Translations under genes and position numbers: made by a program
The notes under the pieces: model-generated
What the model saw: only the letters and a program-made list of their open reading frames with translations
The model's database searches: none
What the model was told of the DNA's origin: nothing
NCBI GenBank assembly: GCA_002269645.1
Contig: NIVC01000696.1
Span: 407,526-471,525 of the forward strand
Source: Macrostomum lignano
Lineage: Eukaryota
Direction of reading: 5' to 3'
Length of the DNA stretch: 64,000 nt
Shown: positions 38,218-51,200 of the stretch, piece by piece
Position numbering within the stretch: position 1 is the stretch's first letter
How the letters are laid out: each line of letters opens with the position of its first letter

Positions 38218-38899
38218 CCCTATACTATGAATGGGAGAACCACAAAGCTTCTCGGCTTTGTCTTTACCTGTGCCGTAGTTTAACTTTATGTTGTCTCTTT
38301 GGGTGGAAGACGGTGGAATTGTATTAGGTCAGATAAGAACAAAGGTCTGTTTCAATATTCGTTTTCAATTTAGAACGCCATTTGCTATGGAGTCCAAAGT
38401 ATACATTTTTAGGGATAGTTTTTCTGTAGCTATCGTTTTTAATGTCCTATGCTTACTTTAAGTTGTTTTGTTATAAAATCGTGTTATAATGCCCTTTGCT
38501 GTCAGTTTGTTATTGTCATTCTACTCGTAATATTATTATCAAATAGAACATTTTTTCTTACTTTCTGTTCTCATTTGGCCAATTCTAATTTACGTTATCT
38601 GCTTAGTTGATAGGCAAGTTATGCCTTGTAGTTTATGTGGAACTATTGCCCACACCGGTCCCGAAATAATCAATAATATAGTCTTGATAGTCTGCAACAA
38701 GAAAAACAAAACAATAAACAAATACAAACATGCACACACAATTTAACCACTACAATTTGTCATCGTGTGTAATTACGCATCTTTGTAGTTTCTCTCATTT
38801 CGTAGTCCATTTTATTGTAGACTGTGCTATAATTGATTAACTTTAATGGTCGAAGAGTCTTAGGGTTGGAATTCATTGTGCCGATAGGACTTTGATCGG

Positions 38900-39310
38900 G
38901 TTGATTGTGCTTGTGCTTGATTACATGATATTGATTCTGTGTAGTGCTTGATTGCATGATATTGATTGTGTGTAGTGCTTGGTTGCATGATATTGATTGT
39001 GTGAGGTGCTTGATTGCATGATTTTGATTGTGCTTGTGCTTGATTACATGATATTGATTGTGCTTGTGCTTGATTACATGATATTGATTATGCTTAGTGC
39101 TTGATTTCATGATATTGATTCTGTGTAGTGCTTGATTGCATGATATTGATTATGCTTAGTGCTTGATTTCATGATATTGATTCTGTGTAGTGCTTGATTG
39201 CATGATATTGATTGTGTGTAGTGCTTGATTGCATGGTATTGATTGTATGTACTGCTTGATTGCATGATATTGATTGTGTGTTGTCCTTAGTCCTAATTGC
39301 ATGATATTGC
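38900..39310. repeat. 30/31-bp minisatellite (GATTGTGTGTAGTGCTTGATTGCATGATATT variants)
   Basis: About 13 tandem units visible. Confidence 0.9.
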
Positions 39311-42219
39311 AGTTTTAGATTTGCTTGTGTCTGCTGAGCAAACGTATATAATTTATGTAAAAATATACCCAAACAAGTCAACGTAGCACTTACGTAAAAG
39401 TGCTCACATTTTCTCACTGCCACAAATTACGGCCGAAGCTTTTTTCAGCAGAGGAACTTTAGTACTTATTACGTAAAATCGACTGATGAGTACAAGGCAG
39501 TAGGCGGGTAGGCGGTTGTGTAAGAGTCACTGAATCTCAGGTACTGAAGAGGATCAAGCACCAGCATCAGGCACTGAAGCAGCATTTAACTAATATTCAA
39601 ATTGTGCACGCGTTAACAGTTTCAGCCTTCAGTCAACTAAATGCAAATCTCAGGTGTAGCTGCAGGATGACTCAAACCGCTGGTTTGTATCCTGACACAT
39701 GACACGACACACGACTCATCACTTGCACAACTTATCTATTAGTCATGTTTCAAACATGGTAGGTGCTTCATCTGGACCAGACAGGCTTGTTGGTTTCTCT
39801 TGCTCAATTTTATGAAGTTAATCGATTAATAAAGATTAATAATACTAAAACAACTTTTCACCTGCCCCTGTTAACTTTGACTGCATTTATTGTTTTTTTG
39901 ACTCTGATTTTCACTTAACTTTCACTTAGTCAAATGTACTGTTGTCATTTCCTATTCTGCTCACAGATACTAAAATAACTATGGGCCACTCAGACATATA
40001 TACTTAGTAAAACAGCTTTCTACTTTCAGTTCAGTAGCAAAGAATACATAAAGCTATTTTATAAAAACAAGGCAGCTGAAATGACTTTGATAAGTTTGCT
40101 AAGGCGTAAACAAATTACTAATTAGTTCAGTGGTAATGTACATTAGCCAGTCCACTGAAATGTACATGGCCGCTTTAGGCTGGAATTCCGAGAAAGGCAA
40201 TAAAAATTGGGGCGGGCGGGGGTAGTGTGGAAAGGCGCGATTGGAGGCTTAAGTGGGGGTAAGAGCCAATAAATGAACCTTTGCGTTAAAAATACACTAA
40301 AATGCTTACCGTTTAACTTGCTACTGAACTCTAAGTAACTTACACGCAAATGTGCTGAGTGGCCCATCTAGTTATTCTAGTATCTGTGATTCTGCAAAGA
40401 TTTATGTAAACGTTATATGGAAGTTGCTCATGTTTTTGTGAAAAATTAGCGATAATAATAATAATGCAAATGTCTTGCTTTTCGATCTTTATTTAAAACA
40501 ATCAGGACCGCCTAAAAATTTACAATCTTGTTACTACTCGTCACTAGTACAATTAGTAAGCATGATTATTTTTATCTTTCGCTGGTGTGTTAAAGTGGAG
40601 GGCTGGTTTGCTGACTGTAGCTGGGATTACAATGTCATTTGCCTCTTTCATGTAAGATTTGCAATCCAATTATGTGCGGATTGGGTTCCTATCAGGTCTG
40701 CTAAAGCAGAAGATTGTCAATTTTGCTTTCGGTCTTTGCTTATTAGTCATCAGCTGCGATATCTTCCCAAATGCCTTCTAATATCGTGTATAGGATATAC
40801 TTATTGGACAGATTTCCTAGTCCTGTTTCTCGTGTCAATTTGAAATTCAGCCGGTGAATTAGTGAATGCACTTTATGTATTCATGTTTGTTTAATTAAAT
40901 TGTTCAACAACATACTCAACAGTTTTGTTAATAAGAAAGTTATTGTTTGTCATTTAATATAGCTCATACTATTTACGAAATATTTAAGCCTTTGCTATCA
41001 GACGATCAACCCTATTTTAAGCGTCGCATTTCCTAAATCCTTTAATTCGACCAGCCTCCAATATAGTAGCAGGATTCAGGGCTTTTAGCACCCAGCCGCA
41101 ACGTCAATACTGCATCCTTATGCTTGTACTGATTATTTCTATCTCTGGCTTATACAGATTTTCAGCATCATTTCGGAACTTATCTCTGAAGCCGTGCCGC
41201 TGTCAGCTTGACTCCCGCCTTGCATTTTACTTATCTAATCTAAGCCCGCTATGGAACGGGGAGACAGTGAGTAATTCTGACAAGCAACGCTTTTTCTGTC
41301 TTTACACTGCACATTCCATGCTGTAATGTAAAGGCGATAGCGCTGCCTTATTTGCACTGGTTTAGTCATTTTCTGCTTTCAGTGATAATCTTGAATAATT
41401 ATCTGTGCGATAAAACCAAGCTAGCCAGGCGAACTTTATCATATCTGTTCTCAAGACTCACCTCTGCCCGGGATGTTGAGGCTAAGCACCCTTTACGCGC
41501 TCGTAAGAGATGTCAAAAGGGATGAAATTTCTGAGCGATTCTGTCCAATCTCTCCAAAATCTGAGTCCATGTCGGCTTCCAATTGATTCCTCATTTATCA
41601 TTGCGAGTGAACTTAGGAAAACTCATACATGTGCAACCGCCCTGATTTACACCGGCCGTGAGACTTATACTCAACAACATTTATGAGTCGCCACCTTTGA
41701 GAGTGCGCAGTAAATTCCAGTTCAGTGTTGAATTTTGAGTGACGCAATAAGTGAGGCTAGGAGATAGACGCTAGTCGAAGGACACTGCTCACTGTGGCAA
41801 ATGGTGGCGACTTTTCAATGTTGCTGAGTATACTTTTTGACAAAAATGTGACTTACCTATGAAAGAAACTAGGAAAAATTAAACGACTGAGTAAACGGCA
41901 GGAGTAACAGGGGTGTATTTTTCGCGGCTTAGTGCCTCGTCATCTAATTAGTAATACGTTTGAATTTCTTCGTGTAGGCATTTTTGCAGCTTACCTTGGC
42001 TGGCCGGGTGTTGCGCATCTATGGGAAAACTTCTGGACCTTGGAAAACAATAAAGAATTATATCATTACATCTTGACTGATAAAGAGTCAAGTCAGTCCG
42101 TAAACAGTAGCAGCAACAATTGTGAGAGATGGCATTGCTACTGGGATTTCGGGTAGGTTAATTTCAATTCCCAAGGTCACAGAATGCTGTCAGGTAGTTC
42201 ATACCCCATTTCCTGCCAG

Positions 42220-45200
42220 AGAACAAGCCGACTACTGCCCTGGTGGACCCAGCCTTCGTAGCCGAGGTCGGCAACAATCTGGTGAAGCAGGCGCAGGAGC
42301 TGACTGGCGGCGATCACATTCTGGTGATCGATCCAAGCCTGATGAAACCGCTTGATCGTGTAACTACTGGTGCGCAACTAAGGTGCGACTATGCGTATTA
42401 TGTTGGTAGATTTGCTACATTCGCATGCAAAACAATCGATTGCTAGCCCATTCCCGTCACAATTGCAAATTAAGCAGAGTTCTGTGCTCAGCGTAGTTTA
42501 CTGTTTGCGTCAATATTCACTATCAAGCTGAACTCCATAGTTCGCCTTGGTTCACTCTAACGGGGCAGGGCAGTTCAGTGGTAAACGCGTCTGACTCGCG
42601 CCGCAGCACCTCAGCTTTCATCAGGCTATCATCATGGATGCTAGATCCGTGCATTCAAATAGGCTCAGGGGCTTACATCAATCAGGCTATCATCATGCAT
42701 TCTAGATCAGTGCATTCAAATAGGCTCAGGAGCTTACATCAATCAGGCTATCATCATGCATGCTAGATCAGTGCATTCAAATAGGCTCAGGGGCTTACAT
42801 CAGGCTATTATCATGCATGCTAGATCAGTGCATTCAAATAGGCTCAGGGGCTTACATCAATCAGGCTATCATCATGCATGCTAGATCAGTGCATTCAAAT
42901 AGGCTCAGGAGCTTACATCAATCAGGCTATCATCATGCATGCTAGATCAGTGCATTCAAATAGGCTCAGGGGCTTACATCAATCAGGCTATCATCATGTA
43001 TGCTAGATCAGTGCATTCAAATAGGCTCAGGAGCTTACATCAATCAGGATATCATCATGCATGCTAGATCAGTGCATTCAAATAGGCTCGGAAGTTTACG
43101 TATTTTTACACTTTTTTTAAAGAAAGCAGATGGCGGCAGAAGTTCAAAGCTATCGCGATGGCCGCATCGAGCACCCGCCTGAGTCGGCCAGGGCCCGTTT
43201 CCCCATTCTTTACTTGTTGCGCCCAGATCTGCGCCGACTGCGCCAGGTGTGCAACGCGTTCAAGGCGGACTCCATGCGGGGCGTTCGGCGCCTGTACCTG
43301 GTGGCATTCCTGCCCGCTGTGCCCGCCGGAGCGCACGCCCTAGCTGAGGAGGAGGGGGTGCTGGGCCAGTTATTTCAGCTACACGACCTGCCGCTATTGC
43401 TGTTTCCCCTGGACGAAGACCTGCTGTCTATGGAGTTGGACTCCGCATTTCGCTGCCTACAATCCGACGGTGATCGCAGCGTGCTGGCCTCTGTGGCTCG
43501 GGCCATCGTCAGTATCGAGCACGCCACCCGGCCGGCCGGCCCCGCCCCGCACTGGCACTTGTTCGGCGAGTCCGCGCTTGCAGTGTTTGCGCTGTGCGAA
43601 CACCTGCGCTCTGGTAGCGGCTCTTCAGCAGCAGCGGCTGCGGCATCCGGGCCCGGCGGCTTCAGTCAGGTTTGCACTTGGCATCAGTAGCTTGACTATT
43701 GAATTTCACTCTCCTGAATGTTCAGTTATTCAGTCAGGTTTGCACTTGGCATCAGTAGCTTGCCTATTGAATTTCACTCTCCTGAATGTTCAGTTATTCA
43801 GTCAGGTTTGCACTTGGCATCAGTAGCTTGCTATTGAATTTCACTCTCCTGAATGTTCAGTTATTCAGTCAGGTTTGCACTTGGCATCAGTAGCTTGCCT
43901 ATTGAATTTCACTCTCCTGAATGTTCAGTTATTCAGTCAGGTTTGCACTTGGCATCAGTAGCTTGCCTATTGAATTTCACTCTCCTGAATGTTCAGTTAT
44001 TCAGTCAGGTTTGCACTTGGCATCAGTAGCTTGCCTATTGAATTTCACTCTCCTGAATGTTCAGTTATTCAGTCAGGTTTGCACTTGGCATCAGTAGCTT
44101 GCCTATTGAATTTGACTCTCCTGAATGTTCAGTTATTCAGTCAGGTTTGCACTTGGCATCAGTAGCTTGCCTATTGAATTTCACTCTCCTGAATGTTCAG
44201 TTATTCAGTCAGGTTTGCACTTGGCATCAGTAGCTTGCCTATTGAATTTGACTCTCCTGAATGTTCAGTTATTCAGTCAGGTTTGCACTTGGCATCAGTA
44301 GCTTGCCTATTGAATTTCACTCTCCTGAATGTTCAGTTATTCAGTCAGGTTTGCACTTGGCATCAGTAGCTTGCCTATTGAATTTGACTCTCCTGAATGT
44401 TCAGTTATTCAGTCAGGTTTGCACTTGGCATCAGTAGCTTGCCTATTGAATTTCACTCTCCTGAATGTTCAGTTATTCAGTCAGGTTTGCACTTGGCATC
44501 AGTAGCTTGCCTATTGAATTTGACTCTCCTGAATGTTCAGTTATTCAGTCAGGTTTGCACTTGGCATCAGTAGCTTGCCTATTGAATTTGACTCTCCTGA
44601 ATGTTCAGTTATTCAGTCAGGTTTGCACTTGGCATCAGTAGCTTGCCTATTGAATTTCACTCTCCTGAATGTTCAGTTATTCAGTCAGGTTTGCACTTGG
44701 CATCAGTAGCTTGCCTATTGAATTTGACTCTCCTGAATGTTCAGTTATTCAGTCAGGTTTGCACTTGGCATCAGTAGCTTGCCTATTGAATTTCACTCTC
44801 CTGAATGTTCAGTTATTCAGTCAGGTTTGCACTTGGCATCAGTAGCTTGCCTATTGAATTTGACTCTCCTGAATGTTCAGTTATTCAGTCAGGTTTGCAC
44901 TTGGCATCAGTAGCTTGCCTATTGAATTTGACTCTCCTGAATGTTCAGTTATTCAGTCAGGTTTGCATTGGCATCAGTAGCTTGCCTATTGAATTTGACT
45001 CTCCTGAATGTTCAGTTATTCAGTCAGGTTTGCACTTGGCATCAGTAGCTTGCCTATTGAATTTGACTCTCCTGAATGTTCAGTTATTCAGTCAGGTTTG
45101 CACTTGGCATCAGTAGCTTGCCTATTGAATTTGACTCTCCTGAATGTTCAGTTATTCAGTCAGGTTTGCACTTGGCATCAGTAGCTTGCCTATTGAATTT

Positions 45201-48200
45201 GACTCTCCTGAATGTTCAGTTATTCAGTCAGGTTTGCACTTGGCATCAGTAGCTTGCCTATTGAATTTGACTCTCCTGAATGTTCAGTTATTCAGTCAGG
45301 TTTGCACTTGGCATCAGTAGCTTGCCTATTGAATTTGACTCTCCTGAATGTTCAGTTATTCAGTCAGGTTTGCACTTGGCATCAGTAGCTTGCCTATTGA
45401 ATTTGACTCTCCTGAATGTTCAGTTATTCAGTCAGGTTTGCACTTGGCATCAGTAGCTTGCCTATTGAATTTGACTCTCCTGAATGTTCAGTTATTCAGT
45501 CAGGTTTGCACTTGGCATCAGTAGCTTGCCTATTGAATTTGACTCTCCTGAATGTTCAGTTATTCAGTCAGGTTTGCACTTGGCATCAGTAGCTTGCCTA
45601 TTGAATTTGACTCTCCTGAATGTTCAGTTATTCAGTCAGGTTTGCACTTGGCATCAGTAGCTTGCCTATTGAATTTGACTCTCCTGAATGTTCAGTTATT
45701 CAGTCAGGTTTGCACTTGGCATCAGTAGCTTGCCTATTGAATTTGACTCTCCTGAATGTTCAGTTATTCAGTCAGGTTTGCACTTGGCATCAGTAGCTTG
45801 CCTATTGAATTTGACTCTCCTGAATGTTCAGTTATTCAGTCAGGTTTGCACTTGGCATCAGTAGCTTGCCTATTGAATTTCACTCTCCTGAATGTTCAGT
45901 TATTCAGTCAGGTTTGCACTTGGCATCAGTAGCTTGCCTATTGAATTTCACTCTCCTGAATGTTCAGTTATTCAGTCAGGTTTGCACTTGGCATCAGTAG
46001 CTTGCCTATTGAATTTCACTCTCCTGAATGTTCAGTTATTCAGTCAGGTTTGCACTTGGCATCAGTAGCTTGCCTATTGAATTTCACTCTCCTGAATGTT
46101 CAGTTATTCAGTCAGGTTTGCACTTGGCATCAGTAGCTTGCCTATTGAATTTCACTCTCCTGAATGTTCAGTTATTCAGTCAGGTTTGCACTTGGCATCA
46201 GTAGCTTGCCTATTGAATTTCACTCTCCTGAATGTTCAGTTATTCAGTCAGGTTTGCACTTGGCATCAGTAGCTTGCCTATTGAATTTCACTCTCCTGAA
46301 TGTTCAGTTATTCAGTCAGGTTTGCACTTGGCATCAGTAGCTTGCCTATTGAATTTGACTCTCCTGAATGTTCAGTTATTCAGTCAGGTTTGCACTTGGC
46401 ATCAGTAGCTTGCCTATTGAATTTCACTCTCCTGAATGTTCAGTTATTCAGTCAGGTTTGCACTTGGCATCAGTAGCTTGCCTATTGAATTTGACTCTCC
46501 TGAATGTTCAGTTATTCAGTCAGGTTTGCACTTGGCATCAGTAGCTTGCCTATTGAATTTGACTCTCCTGAATGTTCAGTTATTCAGTCAGGTTTGCACT
46601 TGGCATCAGTAGCTTGCCTATTGAATTTGACTCTCCTGAATGTTCAGTTATTCAGTCAGGTTTGCACTTGGCATCAGTAGCTTGCCTATTGAATTTCACT
46701 CTCCTGAATGTTCAGTTATTCAGTCAGGTTTGCACTTGGCATCAGTAGCTTGCCTATTGAATTTGACTCTCCTGAATGTTCAGTTATTCAGTCAGGTTTG
46801 CACTTGGCATCAGTAGCTTGCCTATTGAATTTGACTCTCCTGAATGTTCAGTTATTCAGTCAGGTTTGCACTTGGCATCAGTAGCTTGCCTATTGAATTT
46901 GACTCTCCTGAATGTTCAGTTATTCAGTCAGGTTTGCACTTGGCATCAGTAGCTTGCCTATTGAATTTGACTCTCCTGAATGTTCAGTTATTCAGTCAGG
47001 TTTGCACTTGGCATCAGTAGCTTGCCTATTGAATTTGACTCTCCTGAATGTTCAGTTATTCAGTCAGGTTTGCACTTGGCATCAGTAGCTTGCCTATTGA
47101 ATTTGACTCTCCTGAATGTTCAGTTATTCAGTCAGGTTTGCACTTGGCATCAGTAGCTTGCCTATTGAATTTGACTCTCCTGAATGTTCAGTTATTCAGT
47201 CAGGTTTGCACTTGGCATCAGTAGCTTGCCTATTGAATTTGACTCTCCTGAATGTTCAGTTATTCAGTCAGGTTTGCACTTGGCATCAGTAGCTTGCCTA
47301 TTGAATTTGACTCTCCTGAATGTTCAGTTATTCAGTCAGGTTTGCACTTGGCATCAGTAGCTTGCCTATTGAATTTGACTCTCCTGAATGTTCAGTTATT
47401 CAGTCAGGTTTGCACTTGGCATCAGTAGCTTGCCTATTGAATTTGACTCTCCTGAATGTTCAGTTATTCAGTCAGGTTTGCACTTGGCATCAGTAGCTTG
47501 CCTATTGAATTTGACTCTCCTGAATGTTCAGTTATTCAGTCAGGTTTGCACTTGGCATCAGTAGCTTGCCTATTGAATTTGACTCTCCTGAATGTTCAGT
47601 TATTCAGTCAGGTTTGCACTTGGCATCAGTAGCTTGCCTATTGAATTTGACTCTCCTGAATGTTCAGTTATTCAGTCAGGTTTGCACTTGGCATCAGTAG
47701 CTTGCCTATTGAATTTGACTCTCCTGAATGTTCAGTTATTCAGTCAGGTTTGCACTTGGCATCAGTAGCTTGCCTATTGAATTTGACTCTCCTGAATGTT
47801 CAGTTATTCAGTCAGGTTTGCACTTGGCATCAGTAGCTTGCCTATTGAATTTGACTCTCCTGAATGTTCAGTTATTCAGTCAGGTTTGCACTTGGCATCA
47901 GTAGCTTGCCTATTGAATTTGACTCTCCTGAATGTTCAGTTATTCAGTCAGGTTTGCACTTGGCATCAGTAGCTTGCCTATTGAATTTGACTCTCCTGAA
48001 TGTTCAGTTATTCAGTCAGGTTTGCACTTGGCATCAGTAGCTTGCCTATTGAATTTGACTCTCCTGAATGTTCAGTTATTCAGTCAGGTTTGCACTTGGC
48101 ATCAGTAGCTTGCCTATTGAATTTCACTCTCCTGAATGTTCAGTTATTCAGTCAGGTTTGCACTTGGCATCAGTAGCTTGCCTATTGAATTTCACTCTCC

Positions 48201-51200
48201 TGAATGTTCAGTTATTCAGTCAGGTTTGCACTTGGCATCAGTAGCTTGCCTATTGAATTTCACTCTCCTGAATGTTCAGTTATTCAGTCAGGTTTGCACT
48301 TGGCATCAGTAGCTTGCCTATTGAATTTCACTCTCCTGAATGTTCAGTTATTCAGTCAGGTTTGCACTTGGCATCAGTAGCTTGCCTATTGAATTTCACT
48401 CTCCTGAATGTTCAGTTATTCAGTCAGGTTTGCACTTGGCATCAGTAGCTTGCCTATTGAATTTGACTCTCCTGAATGTTCAGTTATTCAGTCAGGTTTG
48501 CACTTGGCATCAGTAGCTTGCCTATTGAATTTGACTCTCCTGAATGTTCAGTTATTCAGTCAGGTTTGCACTTGGCATCAGTAGCTTGCCTATTGAATTT
48601 GACTCTCCTGAATGTTCAGTTATTCAGTCAGGTTTGCACTTGGCATCAGTAGCTTGCCTATTGAATTTGACTCTCCTGAATGTTCAGTTATTCAGTCAGG
48701 TTTGCACTTGGCATCAGTAGCTTGCCTATTGAATTTGACTCTCCTGAATGTTCAGTTATTCAGTCAGGTTTGCACTTGGCATCAGTAGCTTGCCTATTGA
48801 ATTTGACTCTCCTGAATGTTCAGTTATTCAGTCAGGTTTGCACTTGGCATCAGTAGCTTGCCTATTGAATTTGACTCTCCTGAATGTTCAGTTATTCAGT
48901 CAGGTTTGCACTTGGCATCAGTAGCTTGCCTATTGAATTTGACTCTCCTGAATGTTCAGTTATTCAGTCAGGTTTGCACTTGGCATCAGTAGCTTGCCTA
49001 TTGAATTTGACTCTCCTGAATGTTCAGTTATTCAGTCAGGTTTGCACTTGGCATCAGTAGCTTGCCTATTGAATTTGACTCTCCTGAATGTTCAGTTATT
49101 CAGTCAGGTTTGCACTTGGCATCAGTAGCTTGCCTATTGAATTTGACTCTCCTGAATGTTCAGTTATTCAGTCAGGTTTGCACTTGGCATCAGTAGCTTG
49201 CCTATTGAATTTGACTCTCCTGAATGTTCAGTTATTCAGTCAGGTTTGCACTTGGCATCAGTAGCTTGCCTATTGAATTTGACTCTCCTGAATGTTCAGT
49301 TATTCAGTCAGGTTTGCACTTGGCATCAGTAGCTTGCCTATTGAATTTGACTCTCCTGAATGTTCAGTTATTCAGTCAGGTTTGCACTTGGCATCAGTAG
49401 CTTGCCTATTGAATTTGACTCTCCTGAATGTTCAGTTATTCAGTCAGGTTTGCACTTGGCATCAGTAGCTTGCCTATTGAATTTGACTCTCCTGAATGTT
49501 CAGTTATTCAGTCAGGTTTGCACTTGGCATCAGTAGCTTGCCTATTGAATTTGACTCTCCTGAATGTTCAGTTATTCAGTCAGGTTTGCACTTGGCATCA
49601 GTAGCTTGCCTATTGAATTTGACTCTCCTGAATGTTCAGTTATTCAGTCAGGTTTGCACTTGGCATCAGTAGCTTGCCTATTGAATTTGACTCTCCTGAA
49701 TGTTCAGTTATTCAGTCAGGTTTGCACTTGGCATCAGTAGCTTGCCTATTGAATTTGACTCTCCTGAATGTTCAGTTATTCAGTCAGGTTTGCACTTGGC
49801 ATCAGTAGCTTGCCTATTGAATTTGACTCTCCTGAATGTTCAGTTATTCAGTCAGGTTTGCACTTGGCATCAGTAGCTTGCCTATTGAATTTGACTCTCC
49901 TGAATGTTCAGTTATTCAGTCAGGTTTGCACTTGGCATCAGTAGCTTGCCTATTGAATTTGACTCTCCTGAATGTTCAGTTATTCAGTCAGGTTTGCACT
50001 TGGCATCAGTAGCTTGCCTATTGAATTTGACTCTCCTGAATGTTCAGTTATTCAGTCAGGTTTGCACTTGGCATCAGTAGCTTGCCTATTGAATTTGACT
50101 CTCCTGAATGTTCAGTTATTCAGTCAGGTTTGCACTTGGCATCAGTAGCTTGCCTATTGAATTTGACTCTCCTGAATGTTCAGTTATTCAGTCAGGTTTG
50201 CACTTGGCATCAGTAGCTTGCCTATTGAATTTGACTCTCCTGAATGTTCAGTTATTCAGTCAGGTTTGCACTTGGCATCAGTAGCTTGCCTATTGAATTT
50301 CACTCTCCTGAATGTTCAGTTATTCAGTCAGGTTTGCACTTGGCATCAGTAGCTTGCCTATTGAATTTCACTCTCCTGAATGTTCAGTTATTCAGTCAGG
50401 TTTGCACTTGGCATCAGTAGCTTGCCTATTGAATTTGACTCTCCTGAATGTTCAGTTATTCAGTCAGGTTTGCACTTGGCATCAGTAGCTTGCCTATTGA
50501 ATTTGACTCTCCTGAATGTTCAGTTATTCAGTCAGGTTTGCACTTGGCATCAGTAGCTTGCCTATTGAATTTGACTCTCCTGAATGTTCAGTTATTCAGT
50601 CAGGTTTGCACTTGGCATCAGTAGCTTGCCTATTGAATTTGACTCTCCTGAATGTTCAGTTATTCAGTCAGGTTTGCACTTGGCATCAGTAGCTTGCCTA
50701 TTGAATTTGACTCTCCTGAATGTTCAGTTATTCAGTCAGGTTTGCACTTGGCATCAGTAGCTTGCCTATTGAATTTGACTCTCCTGAATGTTCAGTTATT
50801 CAGTCAGGTTTGCACTTGGCATCAGTAGCTTGCCTATTGAATTTGACTCTCCTGAATGTTCAGTTATTCAGTCAGGTTTGCACTTGGCATCAGTAGCTTG
50901 CCTATTGAATTTGACTCTCCTGAATGTTCAGTTATTCAGTCAGGTTTGCACTTGGCATCAGTAGCTTGCCTATTGAATTTGACTCTCCTGAATGTTCAGT
51001 TATTCAGTCAGGTTTGCACTTGGCATCAGTAGCTTGCCTATTGAATTTCACTCTCCTGAATGTTCAGTTATTCAGTCAGGTTTGCACTTGGCATCAGTAG
51101 CTTGCCTATTGAATTTCACTCTCCTGAATGTTCAGTTATTCAGTCAGGTTTGCACTTGGCATCAGTAGCTTGCCTATTGAATTTCACTCTCCTGAATGTT

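Noticed and set aside
42562-42612. tRNA gene
   Set aside because: Only the 5' half resembles a tRNA; there is no T-arm/B box or acceptor stem.
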